From a virus: a DNA stretch of 64,000 nt. The position numbers were made by a program, and so were the translations under genes. The DNA lies in the IMG/VR virus record IMGVR_UViG_3300046534_001361, positions 1-64,000 of that record; one strand, 5' to 3'. The notes under the pieces are model-generated. The model ran no database searches, was not told where the DNA came from, and saw only the letters and a list, made by a program, of their open reading frames with translations. Position 1 is the first letter of the stretch, and each line of letters starts with the position of its first letter. Positions 39,375-48,382 of the stretch are shown here, one piece after another.

Positions 39375-39734
39375 ATGAATTTATCAATCCAGGGCCTTAA
39401 CGACTTATTAGACGGTAGTCAGTACCAGGCAGTAGGTATCAGAGCAATGACAGGCGGGTTTGTAGTTAACCCAGGGGATGAAATCAATGACAGTTTTGTA
39501 TGGGTTGATGGTGAATGCACTGACGAGACCTTGGAGGGTGCTAGCGCACTTAATTTAGAGTTTGACGGTTGGGAAGTGCAATCGGACCGATTTAATGAAA
39601 TGCTTTTACAGTCAAAATCATACGGCCACGAAAATCAGTTAGTCGTTGTTGGCTGTTGCGGTAATGACCACTACGAGGGAAATGATATGAATGAAGTGGT
39701 TTTGCCAAACGCTGTATGCATTGCAATAATTTAA
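39375..39734 (+). CDS. Hypothetical acidic protein
   Basis: 119 aa, AAGGA RBS, own TTGCAA...TG-TATAGT promoter at about 39310-39337. Confidence 0.7.
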   Translation: MNLSIQGLNDLLDGSQYQAVGIRAMTGGFVVNPGDEINDSFVWVDGECTDETLEGASALNLEFDGWEVQSDRFNEMLLQSKSYGHENQLVVVGCCGNDHYEGNDMNEVVLPNAVCIAII

Positions 39735-39865
39735 CCTCATTGAAACAAAGCAAATTAAGGTATTGTCATGGTGAACGTGTTAAATGCCCACATTGCGGCG
39801 TAATGACAGAGGTTTGGTAACTCGTTAGATAGGCCGTGATTGTTATTTAACTGGCTACTACCGAC

Positions 39866-39890
39866 AAAGCCCGCAAGCGCGGGCTGATAA
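39866..39890. terminator. Hairpin between convergent genes
   Basis: AGCCCGC-AAGC-GCGGGCT. Confidence 0.5.
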
Positions 39891-39919
39891 AGTCAGGGGG
39901 AGATTCAGCCCCGGTCTGT

Positions 39920-40144
39920 TTAAAACGTGGTCGGTTGCGCGACACCGCGAATCGCCCACATAAAGCCCTGTTGCAGATTGGTTCTACCCAGGGCCACCGC
40001 GCGTTTATCCGTCGAGGCATCAGATTCGAGCGCCGCGATAAATTCGCCGACTTGTTCAGCCAATGCTTTACCCTGATTCATTAAATCAATCTCGCGCTGC
40101 GAAAGGTCGCGGTACCCTTTTATTTTCTGGTGTTGATTGTCCAT
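39920..40144 (-). CDS. acb2: Anti-CBASS protein Acb2 (cyclic oligonucleotide sponge)
   Basis: MDNQHQKIKGYRDLSQREIDLMN..K and RAVALGRTNLQQGFMWAIRGVAQPTTF closely match Pseudomonas phage Acb2 as I recall it; Y11 and K26 conserved. Confidence 0.9.
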   Translation of the reverse strand: MDNQHQKIKGYRDLSQREIDLMNQGKALAEQVGEFIAALESDASTDKRAVALGRTNLQQGFMWAIRGVAQPTTF

Positions 40145-40225
40145 TTTAAATTCTCGCTCTTTTTTATATTATTGAGTTACTACATTAAGTTTTGTCGCCA
40201 CAAGTACAGTGCCGATGAATTCATA

Positions 40226-40702
40226 TTAACACAAATTATTGATTATTGTTTCGGCCTGCCCTTTATTAGCCATTAATACACTATCACCGTTGAGGTATAC
40301 AGCCTGGAAACCTCGGCTTTCGTAATATCGCTGTAGATTAAAACCCTTTAGTTGAGGTTCTGCTGTTAGAGCCACGAGTATGTCTACTTTTGTAACATCT
40401 AATGTCTGACTCTCAAAATTCGACATCAAAACCTTACCGTATCCCTGCCCTCGCCATATACGCTTAACGTATAGCTCAGCTAACAAACCCACCGTACCAT
40501 ATTTATCGCGTAAAATCGAGATCAGCGCATTGATGTAGCCGGATTTGTCAGGCAATGAAAGTATTAATTCGCCTTTCATCCATTTATAGCTCTCATCGTC
40601 GCTAGCTATGACTGTTCTGACTCGACCGTGATCACTCTCAGTTAGACATACGTGATCACGAGTCCACATTCCATCCGGCCAATTGCTACCGTTGACTATC
40701 AT
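40226..40702 (-). CDS. GNAT-family acetyltransferase
   Basis: LAELYVKRIWRGQGYGKVLM and LQRYYESRGF motifs. Confidence 0.85.
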   Translation of the reverse strand: MIVNGSNWPDGMWTRDHVCLTESDHGRVRTVIASDDESYKWMKGELILSLPDKSGYINALISILRDKYGTVGLLAELYVKRIWRGQGYGKVLMSNFESQTLDVTKVDILVALTAEPQLKGFNLQRYYESRGFQAVYLNGDSVLMANKGQAETIINNLC

Positions 40703-40764
40703 ATTAATCGGCCTGTTTAATCTAATTTCCCCTGGTTATGTATTGATTGTTAATCCAACCTTTG

Positions 40765-41202
40765 TTATCCGATTGGGTTTAATACTGGCCGGATAACAAC
40801 GGTTGTGTGTTCGGCGTGCGAAGCGCTTGGTTTAGTCGACACGTTAATATCTCCACCCCAAACAATAATGCACTCGGGCGTTGTAAAAATTTTGGGTTGG
40901 TGTTTAAACGCATCTAGCTGCCACTCATCAAGATTATGTGTGATTATATCCCTGGCCTCGTCAACAGAGTGCGCAAGGGCTGACACTGTGCTAGGGCCAT
41001 ACTCTATAGCCGCGTTGTCCCAGACGTATAGTTTTAGTTGTTCGTTTAATTTTTTAAACACAGCTTCATTGTTGAGATCTTGATCTTCATAATATGTATC
41101 AACTATATCACGGGTTTCGCTATACTCACACAACGGGCTTTGATTATGAATACGCTTATACATACGCTTTGTCGTTATGTGTTGATGAGTCGGGTTTTTC
41201 AT
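40765..41202 (-). CDS. Hypothetical protein
   Basis: 145 aa; ALAHSVDEARDII motif. Confidence 0.65.
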   Translation of the reverse strand: MKNPTHQHITTKRMYKRIHNQSPLCEYSETRDIVDTYYEDQDLNNEAVFKKLNEQLKLYVWDNAAIEYGPSTVSALAHSVDEARDIITHNLDEWQLDAFKHQPKIFTTPECIIVWGGDINVSTKPSASHAEHTTVVIRPVLNPIG

Positions 41203-41716
41203 TTTACATTACCTTTGATTTGTGTTGATTGTGGATTCTATCGCACGAAGAATCCTGATAGAAAACGTACACCGCGTTGGGTTACGTATATGTGGTCTAC
41301 AACTCGTTGGTTGCGCATTCGACGTGCGCCGCGCTTTGTTTTAATTTTCATGGTTTAGTTCCAGTAGGTTACTGTAGATAGGTTGGCCCAAATCCACACT
41401 GTTAAAATCAAACATGCAATAGACGTTATTTTTACCGATTTCCTTACATTGTCCCCTAGCAAGAATCCAATAGACATTAATATAATTATCACCGATAGCA
41501 GAGTGTTAACACATAATATAAAATGAATCATGGTTTAGCTCCACTTGCCCGTTTTACGTAGATAGGTGTTACACCGCTTACACAACCGCCATACTTGGTT
41601 ACGATGGCCGCCAATGCCCCGCTTGACCGTTGCAGTTTGACCACATCCACAACGGAATCGTTTTACTTGTTCCTTCATAATTTTTTATCCTGCGGGGCTA
41701 CTGCCCCGGTCTGTGT

Positions 41717-41980
41717 TTAAATTGGTTCACAAAACGATTTTCGGGCTTTGTCACATCTTGTTAATTGTGGCCCTAGTTGTTTTTGCACTGCATCAAACAA
41801 ACCAGGGACAGCTTGCGCGTGAGGCTCTAAATAATGTCGACCCAACTGGGCGTAAAAACCCCTTAAGTAAGCTTCTGGACCATATGTGAACATTGCCATC
41901 AACGCTCGCGCCTCTTTTTCCGGCAATTCAAAATGCAGTGTTGCCTCAAGTGTTGCTTGGTTTGTTACTTTCATTTTCAT
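41717..41980 (-). CDS. Hypothetical phage protein
   Basis: EARALMAMFTYG...FYAQLGRHYLEPH; likely start at MKMKV. Confidence 0.65.
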   Translation of the reverse strand: MKMKVTNQATLEATLHFELPEKEARALMAMFTYGPEAYLRGFYAQLGRHYLEPHAQAVPGLFDAVQKQLGPQLTRCDKARKSFCEPI

Positions 41981-42323
41981 TCCAGCGGGGCCAATACCCC
42001 GGTTTGTTAAATAATTGACTCGTCTTTTACTCTGGTACGATTCCAATTTTTTTTACAGCATTGCAACTGACTCTAGATGTATAGCAGGCTCCGATATTTA
42101 AAAGCGCCCTCACCATTTCTAGCTGGCTGCGTCGGATTTAAGCTAACTTTCCTATTTAAATTCCGTGGCTTTGTCGTTAAGCACTCGTAAAGCCAGTTAC
42201 AATATTGTTGGCCGTGTTCTGGCCTATTTCGGTTAGCTCCTTGCTATCACCGACTAGCATCCCACCATTATCTCCATTGCCAGTTATGCCCGTTAACGTT
42301 AGGCTCCGCCATTTTTACCTATT

Positions 42324-42920
42324 TTAAACCGGTGACGCGTTATCTTGGTGTTCGTCATCAGCTACAATTTCACCGCTAACCAGATCATAACTATGAATCG
42401 TACCAATCTCGCCGAAATCCGGTGTAACACCATGAGTTTTACACCAGGTTGCTATTAAGTTATGCAAACCATTGGTTAGCTCGTCTTCGGCTTCGATTGA
42501 TACATCCAAGTAGTCCTCTGCGCAATCACCCCCTATATCCTCTGCCTGACACTGCATATCCTCCAATATTACGTGAGCGTTGGGAAAAAATTTATGGTTT
42601 TCAACCGTTATTACCTGACAAATAAACACGGTTTGTTGATCATCGGCATTAGTGCGAGCGTCGGCCAATGCCGATTCTACCGAGTCAAACAAACCGTTAT
42701 CAAATCGATAATTGTCCCAACTGTAACTAAAATTACATTTATTAATCAGTTTTACCATGTTAGCCTCTGGGTGGTATTTATTATGAACAGCCTGGATTTG
42801 TTCAAATAGTTTGTGACTGTCAGGGTAGTTGCCAGGTGAATTTCCTTTAGCCGGCCTAGCCTGTTCTATGATGCGTTGGTATTTTCTTAATTCATCAGTC
42901 TCTTTGCTCGATATGCTCAT
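42324..42920 (-). CDS. Conserved acidic phage hypothetical protein
   Basis: 198 aa, ATGA-coupled to the holin. Confidence 0.7.
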   Translation of the reverse strand: MSISSKETDELRKYQRIIEQARPAKGNSPGNYPDSHKLFEQIQAVHNKYHPEANMVKLINKCNFSYSWDNYRFDNGLFDSVESALADARTNADDQQTVFICQVITVENHKFFPNAHVILEDMQCQAEDIGGDCAEDYLDVSIEAEDELTNGLHNLIATWCKTHGVTPDFGEIGTIHSYDLVSGEIVADDEHQDNASPV

Positions 42921-43351
42921 TTTGATTTACCTCTTAATTTCTCAACTGTTCGCATTGCACCCAATCCCAACAACATTCCAACTAATTCCATCAAGCCATC
43001 ACCGGAAAATGGAAACTCTTGTATTTGATTTGCTGCCAAACTTTGCATTGCCCAAAGATAGGTAGCAACTGCGTATTTAACGGGAAAGAAGAAAAACAAC
43101 CCCAAAGCTGAAACCCACAATAAAGCTGGTCGCCCACCAGCTACAAAAAACGACGCGTGCCGGGCTGACTCTATGTTTGCCATGGCTTGCATCAGTTCAG
43201 GTTTCAGTTTTATCTCTTCTAACTGATTATTTAACTGCTGGCGCTCTTCATCTGACGTAAACAACCTGTCCCCAACTTTCCCCACCTGTTCAATGATGGT
43301 TCCTGCATCACCACCAATAAACTTTGTCAAAAAACTCATACACACCTCCAA
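42917..43351 (-). CDS. Holin, 3TM (GTA-type) family
   Basis: DRLFTSDEER, SFFVAGGRPALLWV, MLLGLGAMRTVEK. Confidence 0.85.
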   Translation of the reverse strand: MEVCMSFLTKFIGGDAGTIIEQVGKVGDRLFTSDEERQQLNNQLEEIKLKPELMQAMANIESARHASFFVAGGRPALLWVSALGLFFFFPVKYAVATYLWAMQSLAANQIQEFPFSGDGLMELVGMLLGLGAMRTVEKLRGKSK

Positions 43352-43486
43352 TTAATTAGAATAAATATCAATACTGATACTGATACACCTGCTTTTATAA
43401 TTATAATGCACTTACATTGTGCGCTTAAATGCAGTAAAAATCAAACCAAATCAATTATATTCTGCTGCATTTAAGCTAACGCGCTG

Positions 43487-44848
43487 TTAATTTGAGAATT
43501 TACTTTTTATAATAGTAAGAGCTAAACTTTCTTTGGTTTTTGCGCTAATATCACACCAGTCGATTAAATGCTTTTCGTAGATGTATTCAAAAAGACTAAT
43601 CCAATCAAGTTTTCCAAATCCTTTTTGGTTGTGATTTGCGCCTGCTATTTTTACAATATCGTCAAGCATTGATGCCTTTTCCATTTGTAATGCGTGAGAC
43701 AAATGATTACCTTTATCAGACAGTGATGCTTCGGACCACCAAACTTTAGGGTTTTTTGTTATAGCATGAATGTAACTGATTAATTGTTTGTAGTCCGTCC
43801 TGAAAATGTTAAATATTTCTTTTGCTTCATTGGAAAATTTAATGTAAAACTGGTCGGCAGCGTCGATACTACCCGCGTCTTTTGCCCGCACTATTTTTCC
43901 CCCATATGTAACATTTTTTGACAAAGATAAGTCATGAACATATTCAACTACGTCGACAAGTGTCCCTGTAAAGCGATAGGTAAAGTTTTTGAAATTAAAC
44001 CGAACTTCGAAATTAAAACAACCAGGACACTGGATATCTATCAGATCAGCCGAAAATAATTTTAATGCTGAGCGCATTGCGTCAAGCAGAAAAATACCTG
44101 GAACTGTGAACAAATCAAAAGCTTGAACAACGAGATCAATTTGACTTTTAGTACCAACAAAAGTATTAACAAATCCATTGAATCTCATTGTGCATTTAAA
44201 TTTACCAGACCCGATGTAAATTCGACTAAGTACATCAAGCCCTGTATTTTCTGGCGAGTCAGTAGTATTTAGCGGGTGACCCTCACAGTGATTAACTGCC
44301 CTGTTAATCTCAGTTGTCTTTTCTTTATTTAATAGCTCATAATTAAATGCACCTGCTATCACTTTTGTAGTTATGAATCCTGCGGCGGCTAAATCCCTTA
44401 AACTGCCCTGTTTGGTATTGAAATGCCTTTGCAACGCTCGCATTGTTTCCGGCGAAGCCTCAGTCACTGAATTAAATTCATCCACGCTCAACGGAATGTT
44501 GCTACCACCGCAAGCAAAACTATAGGAAGGTCCACCAGAACCACAGAATACACCAACACTACCACCACCGCCGCCATGAAATATCGTGTCAGGTGGCTCA
44601 CTGGTTACTTTTGCACCGTTTTTATCTTTATCGGTTGCAAATTTATTTAAATGCAACTTCCCAGAATCAAAACGTGCGCTATGCCAGTTTATAACGTCGC
44701 CTGAATCATGGTTGATAAAGTTAATATCAAATCCCCCACAAGTGGGTTTTACAACCAAATCTATTTCACCATTTTTAATTACCAATGGGCCGTCATGCCC
44801 TGGCAATGAGATCACTTGAGTCTTTTTTGTTTCAACTTTCATCTTCAC
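43487..44848 (-). CDS. Mosaic hypothetical protein containing a tape-measure-domain fragment
   Basis: 453 aa; DEFNSVTEASPETMRALQRHF...LRDLAAAGFITTKVI aligns with this phage's tape measure protein. Confidence 0.75.
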   Translation of the reverse strand: MKMKVETKKTQVISLPGHDGPLVIKNGEIDLVVKPTCGGFDINFINHDSGDVINWHSARFDSGKLHLNKFATDKDKNGAKVTSEPPDTIFHGGGGGSVGVFCGSGGPSYSFACGGSNIPLSVDEFNSVTEASPETMRALQRHFNTKQGSLRDLAAAGFITTKVIAGAFNYELLNKEKTTEINRAVNHCEGHPLNTTDSPENTGLDVLSRIYIGSGKFKCTMRFNGFVNTFVGTKSQIDLVVQAFDLFTVPGIFLLDAMRSALKLFSADLIDIQCPGCFNFEVRFNFKNFTYRFTGTLVDVVEYVHDLSLSKNVTYGGKIVRAKDAGSIDAADQFYIKFSNEAKEIFNIFRTDYKQLISYIHAITKNPKVWWSEASLSDKGNHLSHALQMEKASMLDDIVKIAGANHNQKGFGKLDWISLFEYIYEKHLIDWCDISAKTKESLALTIIKSKFSN

Positions 44849-44870
44849 TCTCTTTATATTTTTTTACATT

Positions 44871-45491
44871 TTAATCAGCGGAATTATCTTTTGACTCTAT
44901 TTTAGAATCTATTTTTCCTCTTTTTTTTGGCGTGTAGCATTCAACAAAATTAGGATCAGGTTGCGGCGGGGGATAGCTAACAAAATGAGATCCACCACCG
45001 AACGGCGTACTAGTATCAAAATCTTTATTTTGATCAACTTCAAAATCGTCGTTAACAAGCTCCCCTTTTTCAATATCATAAACCGAAACTTTACCACCGG
45101 TGTAAATATCCCGCTCAACTGCATACTGCACCGCATCACGTGCAGACTGACCAAAATCAAGGGCAGCCAAGGCAAAATGCTGACCAGTGCCGATCGCCCA
45201 ACTTGATTCTAAAGAATATGTAAATAATTTAAAATCCTCACCGACTCCACAGGCAAAAGCCTCATGATTCCTAACAAAAAAGGCACCAACCTGTGTACTT
45301 TCGCAAAGACCCCCAGTAGTAAATGCATGAATAAACTCTTGCTCAGCGTCTAAATTACCGCATAAAAAAAGCAGATCATCACCAGCACGGACCATTTTTT
45401 GGCTATCTAAACGAACAATTACATCACCATTAGTTAGCTGTCCGTCAAAAGCAATTTGACCAGCCTCTTTGTCATACACTATAGTTGTCAT
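44871..45491 (-). CDS. Ntn-hydrolase, HslV/proteasome-beta-like protease
   Basis: N-terminal MTTI, AFDGQLT, AIGTG..FALAALD, DIYTGG. Confidence 0.8.
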   Translation of the reverse strand: MTTIVYDKEAGQIAFDGQLTNGDVIVRLDSQKMVRAGDDLLFLCGNLDAEQEFIHAFTTGGLCESTQVGAFFVRNHEAFACGVGEDFKLFTYSLESSWAIGTGQHFALAALDFGQSARDAVQYAVERDIYTGGKVSVYDIEKGELVNDDFEVDQNKDFDTSTPFGGGSHFVSYPPPQPDPNFVECYTPKKRGKIDSKIESKDNSAD

Positions 45492-45549
45492 TATGTTTCC
45501 TCTTTTTTTGACCTTTAATTATACCATATTAATTAACTAATATAGCAAT

Positions 45550-46065
45550 TTATTTATCTAATATAACACGATTTCCAGTTAATAACGCAAGTGAAAAATC
45601 ACGGGCCTTATAGCAGTCCTCAGCTTCAAACCAGGCAAAATGACAATCAACTTCTTTGATTTCCATCAGGACAGCGAGTCGTTTATAAGCCCTGCCTGCA
45701 CCAATTAACTTACAAAGGGCCGTAAATGGAACTTTGCATTTTGCCCTAGTGGCTCTTAATTTTGCTTTAGCCATTGTGCCAATGGGGATGTATGTCCATA
45801 CATGACATCTTACGTGGCTGTCGCACGGTTCACAGCGGTAAATCCAAGGCCACTCGTTCGACTGCCCCCCAAAAACAACAAATCGATCAACTAGATTGAC
45901 TGGCCCGCCGCAATGCCTACAAAATTTAGGCACAGGCATTGGGTTTTGGTTTTTTATTTTATTTTTCATTTTACGTTTACTTTTGATTTTTGACTTTCGA
46001 TTTTTGAACTTCGTTATTTCATAACTCGCGGCTTTTTTAATGTAGTTTTTACCTGATTTTGACAT
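45550..46065 (-). CDS. Zinc-finger protein (DUF3268-like)
   Basis: CRHCGG...YRCEPCDSHVRCH...PIGTMA...LRATR, CHFAWF. Confidence 0.8.
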   Translation of the reverse strand: MSKSGKNYIKKAASYEITKFKNRKSKIKSKRKMKNKIKNQNPMPVPKFCRHCGGPVNLVDRFVVFGGQSNEWPWIYRCEPCDSHVRCHVWTYIPIGTMAKAKLRATRAKCKVPFTALCKLIGAGRAYKRLAVLMEIKEVDCHFAWFEAEDCYKARDFSLALLTGNRVILDK

Positions 46066-46080
46066 TGTGTTCTCGCTCTG

Positions 46081-46132
46081 TTAAATTTAGTTGCCCGGCA
46101 TTAGATAGCCGGGATCGTGGTTGCTCGGTTTG
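46081..46132 (-). repeat. Cassette junction, stem-loop half
   Basis: AAACCGAGCAACCACGATCCCGGCTATCTAATGCCGGGCAACTAAATT. Confidence 0.9.
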
Positions 46133-46741
46133 CTATGAAAATAGCTTCCTTAGTGAAGCCTGAACCACTCTATTGGATGCAACATAAGCCGCATAAGCAG
46201 CATAATTAGGATCAAAAGCATCAGCATTAGCATCATAAGCAGCATTAGCAGCATTAGCAGCATAATAAGCGGCATTATAAGCAGCATTAGCAGCATTAGC
46301 ATCATAAGCAGCCTTAGCAGCGTAATAAGAAGCATAAGCCGCATTGGCCGCATTGGCAAAAGCAGCAGGATAAGCAGCGTTAAGAGCATTACTAGCAGCA
46401 TAAGCAGCGTAATTAGCAGTATTACGGGCGTTCAATCTATTCTCCTCGCATGGTTTCCTTATCCAGTCATTAGCCGATTGGATCGCAGCATTATCACTCG
46501 GATTATTGTTCAGATGCGACACGCTTTCCGCGCACTCAACGGCAAACTGTACAATCTTGATTTTTGGGAGAGTTTTACCGGCAAACCATAAAAGATCAGC
46601 CGTGGTATTCTTTCCGCAGATTAAACTAAGTACATTAACAGCCTGATCAGTGTTGCCTGTTTGTTCGATAAACCGGCTAATTAGGCCCTTGTCTGCGCCA
46701 AGGTCTACTAATTGTTTTTTCGTAATTGTTGCCGTTGTCAT
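46133..46741 (-). CDS. Imm5-like protein, paralogue D
   Basis: Same core; Asn-rich tail. Confidence 0.85.
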   Translation of the reverse strand: MTTATITKKQLVDLGADKGLISRFIEQTGNTDQAVNVLSLICGKNTTADLLWFAGKTLPKIKIVQFAVECAESVSHLNNNPSDNAAIQSANDWIRKPCEENRLNARNTANYAAYAASNALNAAYPAAFANAANAAYASYYAAKAAYDANAANAAYNAAYYAANAANAAYDANADAFDPNYAAYAAYVASNRVVQASLRKLFS

Positions 46742-46850
46742 TTTCGATTTCGCTCTATTTTAGTGGTCGGTTGTGGCGTCTTGCCGACGAATTAATATTA
46801 ACACATTAACAGTTGATTGCAACTTTTAAATCAAATTGGTTTGAATTAAG
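46742..46850 (-). promoter_or_regulatory. Cassette junction, promoter/leader half
   Basis: AAACCAATTTGATTTAAAAGTTGCAA...TGTGTTAATAT...CGTCGGCAAGACGCCACAAC...AGAGCGAAATCGAAAATG. Confidence 0.85.
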
Positions 46851-46913
46851 TAGCTAGTTAGGATTTTAGGGCAATAAAAAGGCCACCCGCAGGTAGCCAA
46901 TTTAAGCATTGAT

Positions 46914-47189
46914 TTACAACCCCAATTCTAAATCATCAAAATATTTATCATCTTCACGCTGTTTTTTTAAACGCTGAAAATTATCAATTTTGTAATTTAC
47001 TTCGATTAATTTATTTTCAAAAACAATTAGTTGTTTTATCAGCATTTCATGCATCAATCCTGCATCAATTATAATTACAGACTCACTATCTATCACTCTT
47101 AGCGAATCAACAGTCAGAATAAAGCGTTTTGCTATTGCAATGCTATTCTCTACCTCGTTTTTTTGCTCTAACAATTCATTCATTTTCAT
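46914..47189 (-). CDS. Hypothetical coiled-coil protein
   Basis: 91 aa, AAGGT RBS, terminator-like hairpin at 46874-46900. Confidence 0.6.
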   Translation of the reverse strand: MKMNELLEQKNEVENSIAIAKRFILTVDSLRVIDSESVIIIDAGLMHEMLIKQLIVFENKLIEVNYKIDNFQRLKKQREDDKYFDDLELGL

Positions 47190-47222
47190 TTTTTACCTTT
47201 ACCTTTACTGTTTTATTAGTTG

Positions 47223-47552
47223 TTACCAATCGATTCTCGCATTAGATTTTTTAGCCTGCGCCATTGCACTATACATCGACACCAAAAACGGCGCTAGATA
47301 CGTTACAGCCGCCGCAACTTTATCAATAGACTCATTGCCAAAAATTGCACTATACTGATTAGCTATTGTTAATGCAGTGCCTATTACTATCGACACTCTG
47401 ATCGCTGCCGGGGCAAATTTAATCATTCTTAATTTTTTCTGCTGAGTAGATATTGGTCTGTAATCAAGGGGTTTCCCGGATTTGATCTTATAGCTCTTGC
47501 AGGTTCGATTAAAGGATTTTGTATCCTGTGCTATTTTTTTTTGTGATTCCAT
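47223..47552 (-). CDS. NrtS-like small membrane protein
   Basis: AIRVSIVIGTALTIANQYSAIFG...TYLAPFLVSMYS matches the NrtS family pattern (VGT.L..INQ...TY.VP..VS). Confidence 0.65.
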   Translation of the reverse strand: MESQKKIAQDTKSFNRTCKSYKIKSGKPLDYRPISTQQKKLRMIKFAPAAIRVSIVIGTALTIANQYSAIFGNESIDKVAAAVTYLAPFLVSMYSAMAQAKKSNARIDW

Positions 47553-47554
47553 GA

Positions 47555-48382
47555 TTATTTTTTACCTGAGTTGTTTATTTTTTTGAATGAGTTTATTGCA
47601 GAGGTGAAATCGTCAACTCCGAGGTGTTTGCACGTTCTGATTATTACACTAATCATTGACGGCTTGACACCGGATAGAATTGAAATCTGCTTGGTATTCA
47701 TTAATCCCTCTTGATAAACAAACTTTATCGCTAGTAGACGTTTACGTCGGTCATCAATCACGCCGGTTACGTCCTGACCCCGGCCAATGCTTACTTTACT
47801 GATCAGCCCGGAAACAAACTCATAACTTAGCCCGACGGCCTCAGAAATCTCCTTGATAGTCATTAATTTGCCTTGATAAATAAACTGCTTGCCTCTTTTT
47901 GTAAGCCGGTCATCAATCACGCCGGTTACGTCATTACCAGGTTCGATGTTCGATTTATTGATCAGGATGCGAACGTGTGGATACCCCAGCCCGACGGCAT
48001 TAGAAATATCATGAACAGACATTAATTTATTTTGATAAATGTACTGATCTACTTTATTTCGGTCATCAATAAGGCTAGTTATGTCATGGTCGGGGCGAAT
48101 GCTTGCTTTGCGGATCAGCCGACAAACTAATTGGTAGCTCAACCCGACGGCATCAGAAATATCACGTATAGACATTAATTGATTTTGATAAATGTACTTT
48201 ATCCCTGATCTCCCCCCCCCTTCACGCCGGTCATCAATTAGGCTGGTTACGTCGTGGCCGGATTTGATGCTGGATTTACGTATCAGCTGGACAACCAAAT
48301 TATAGCTTCGCCCAATGGTCTCAGAAATATCACGCATAGACATTAATTTTCCGCTGTATAAATAAACTACAGATTTACTCAT
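47555..48382 (-). CDS. Tandem HTH-repeat DNA-binding protein (5 repeats)
   Basis: Five 50-58 aa units YIYQGKLMS..DIS.AVG.SY..V..LI.K..I..G.DVT..IDDR. Confidence 0.8.
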   Translation of the reverse strand: MSKSVVYLYSGKLMSMRDISETIGRSYNLVVQLIRKSSIKSGHDVTSLIDDRREGGGRSGIKYIYQNQLMSIRDISDAVGLSYQLVCRLIRKASIRPDHDITSLIDDRNKVDQYIYQNKLMSVHDISNAVGLGYPHVRILINKSNIEPGNDVTGVIDDRLTKRGKQFIYQGKLMTIKEISEAVGLSYEFVSGLISKVSIGRGQDVTGVIDDRRKRLLAIKFVYQEGLMNTKQISILSGVKPSMISVIIRTCKHLGVDDFTSAINSFKKINNSGKK

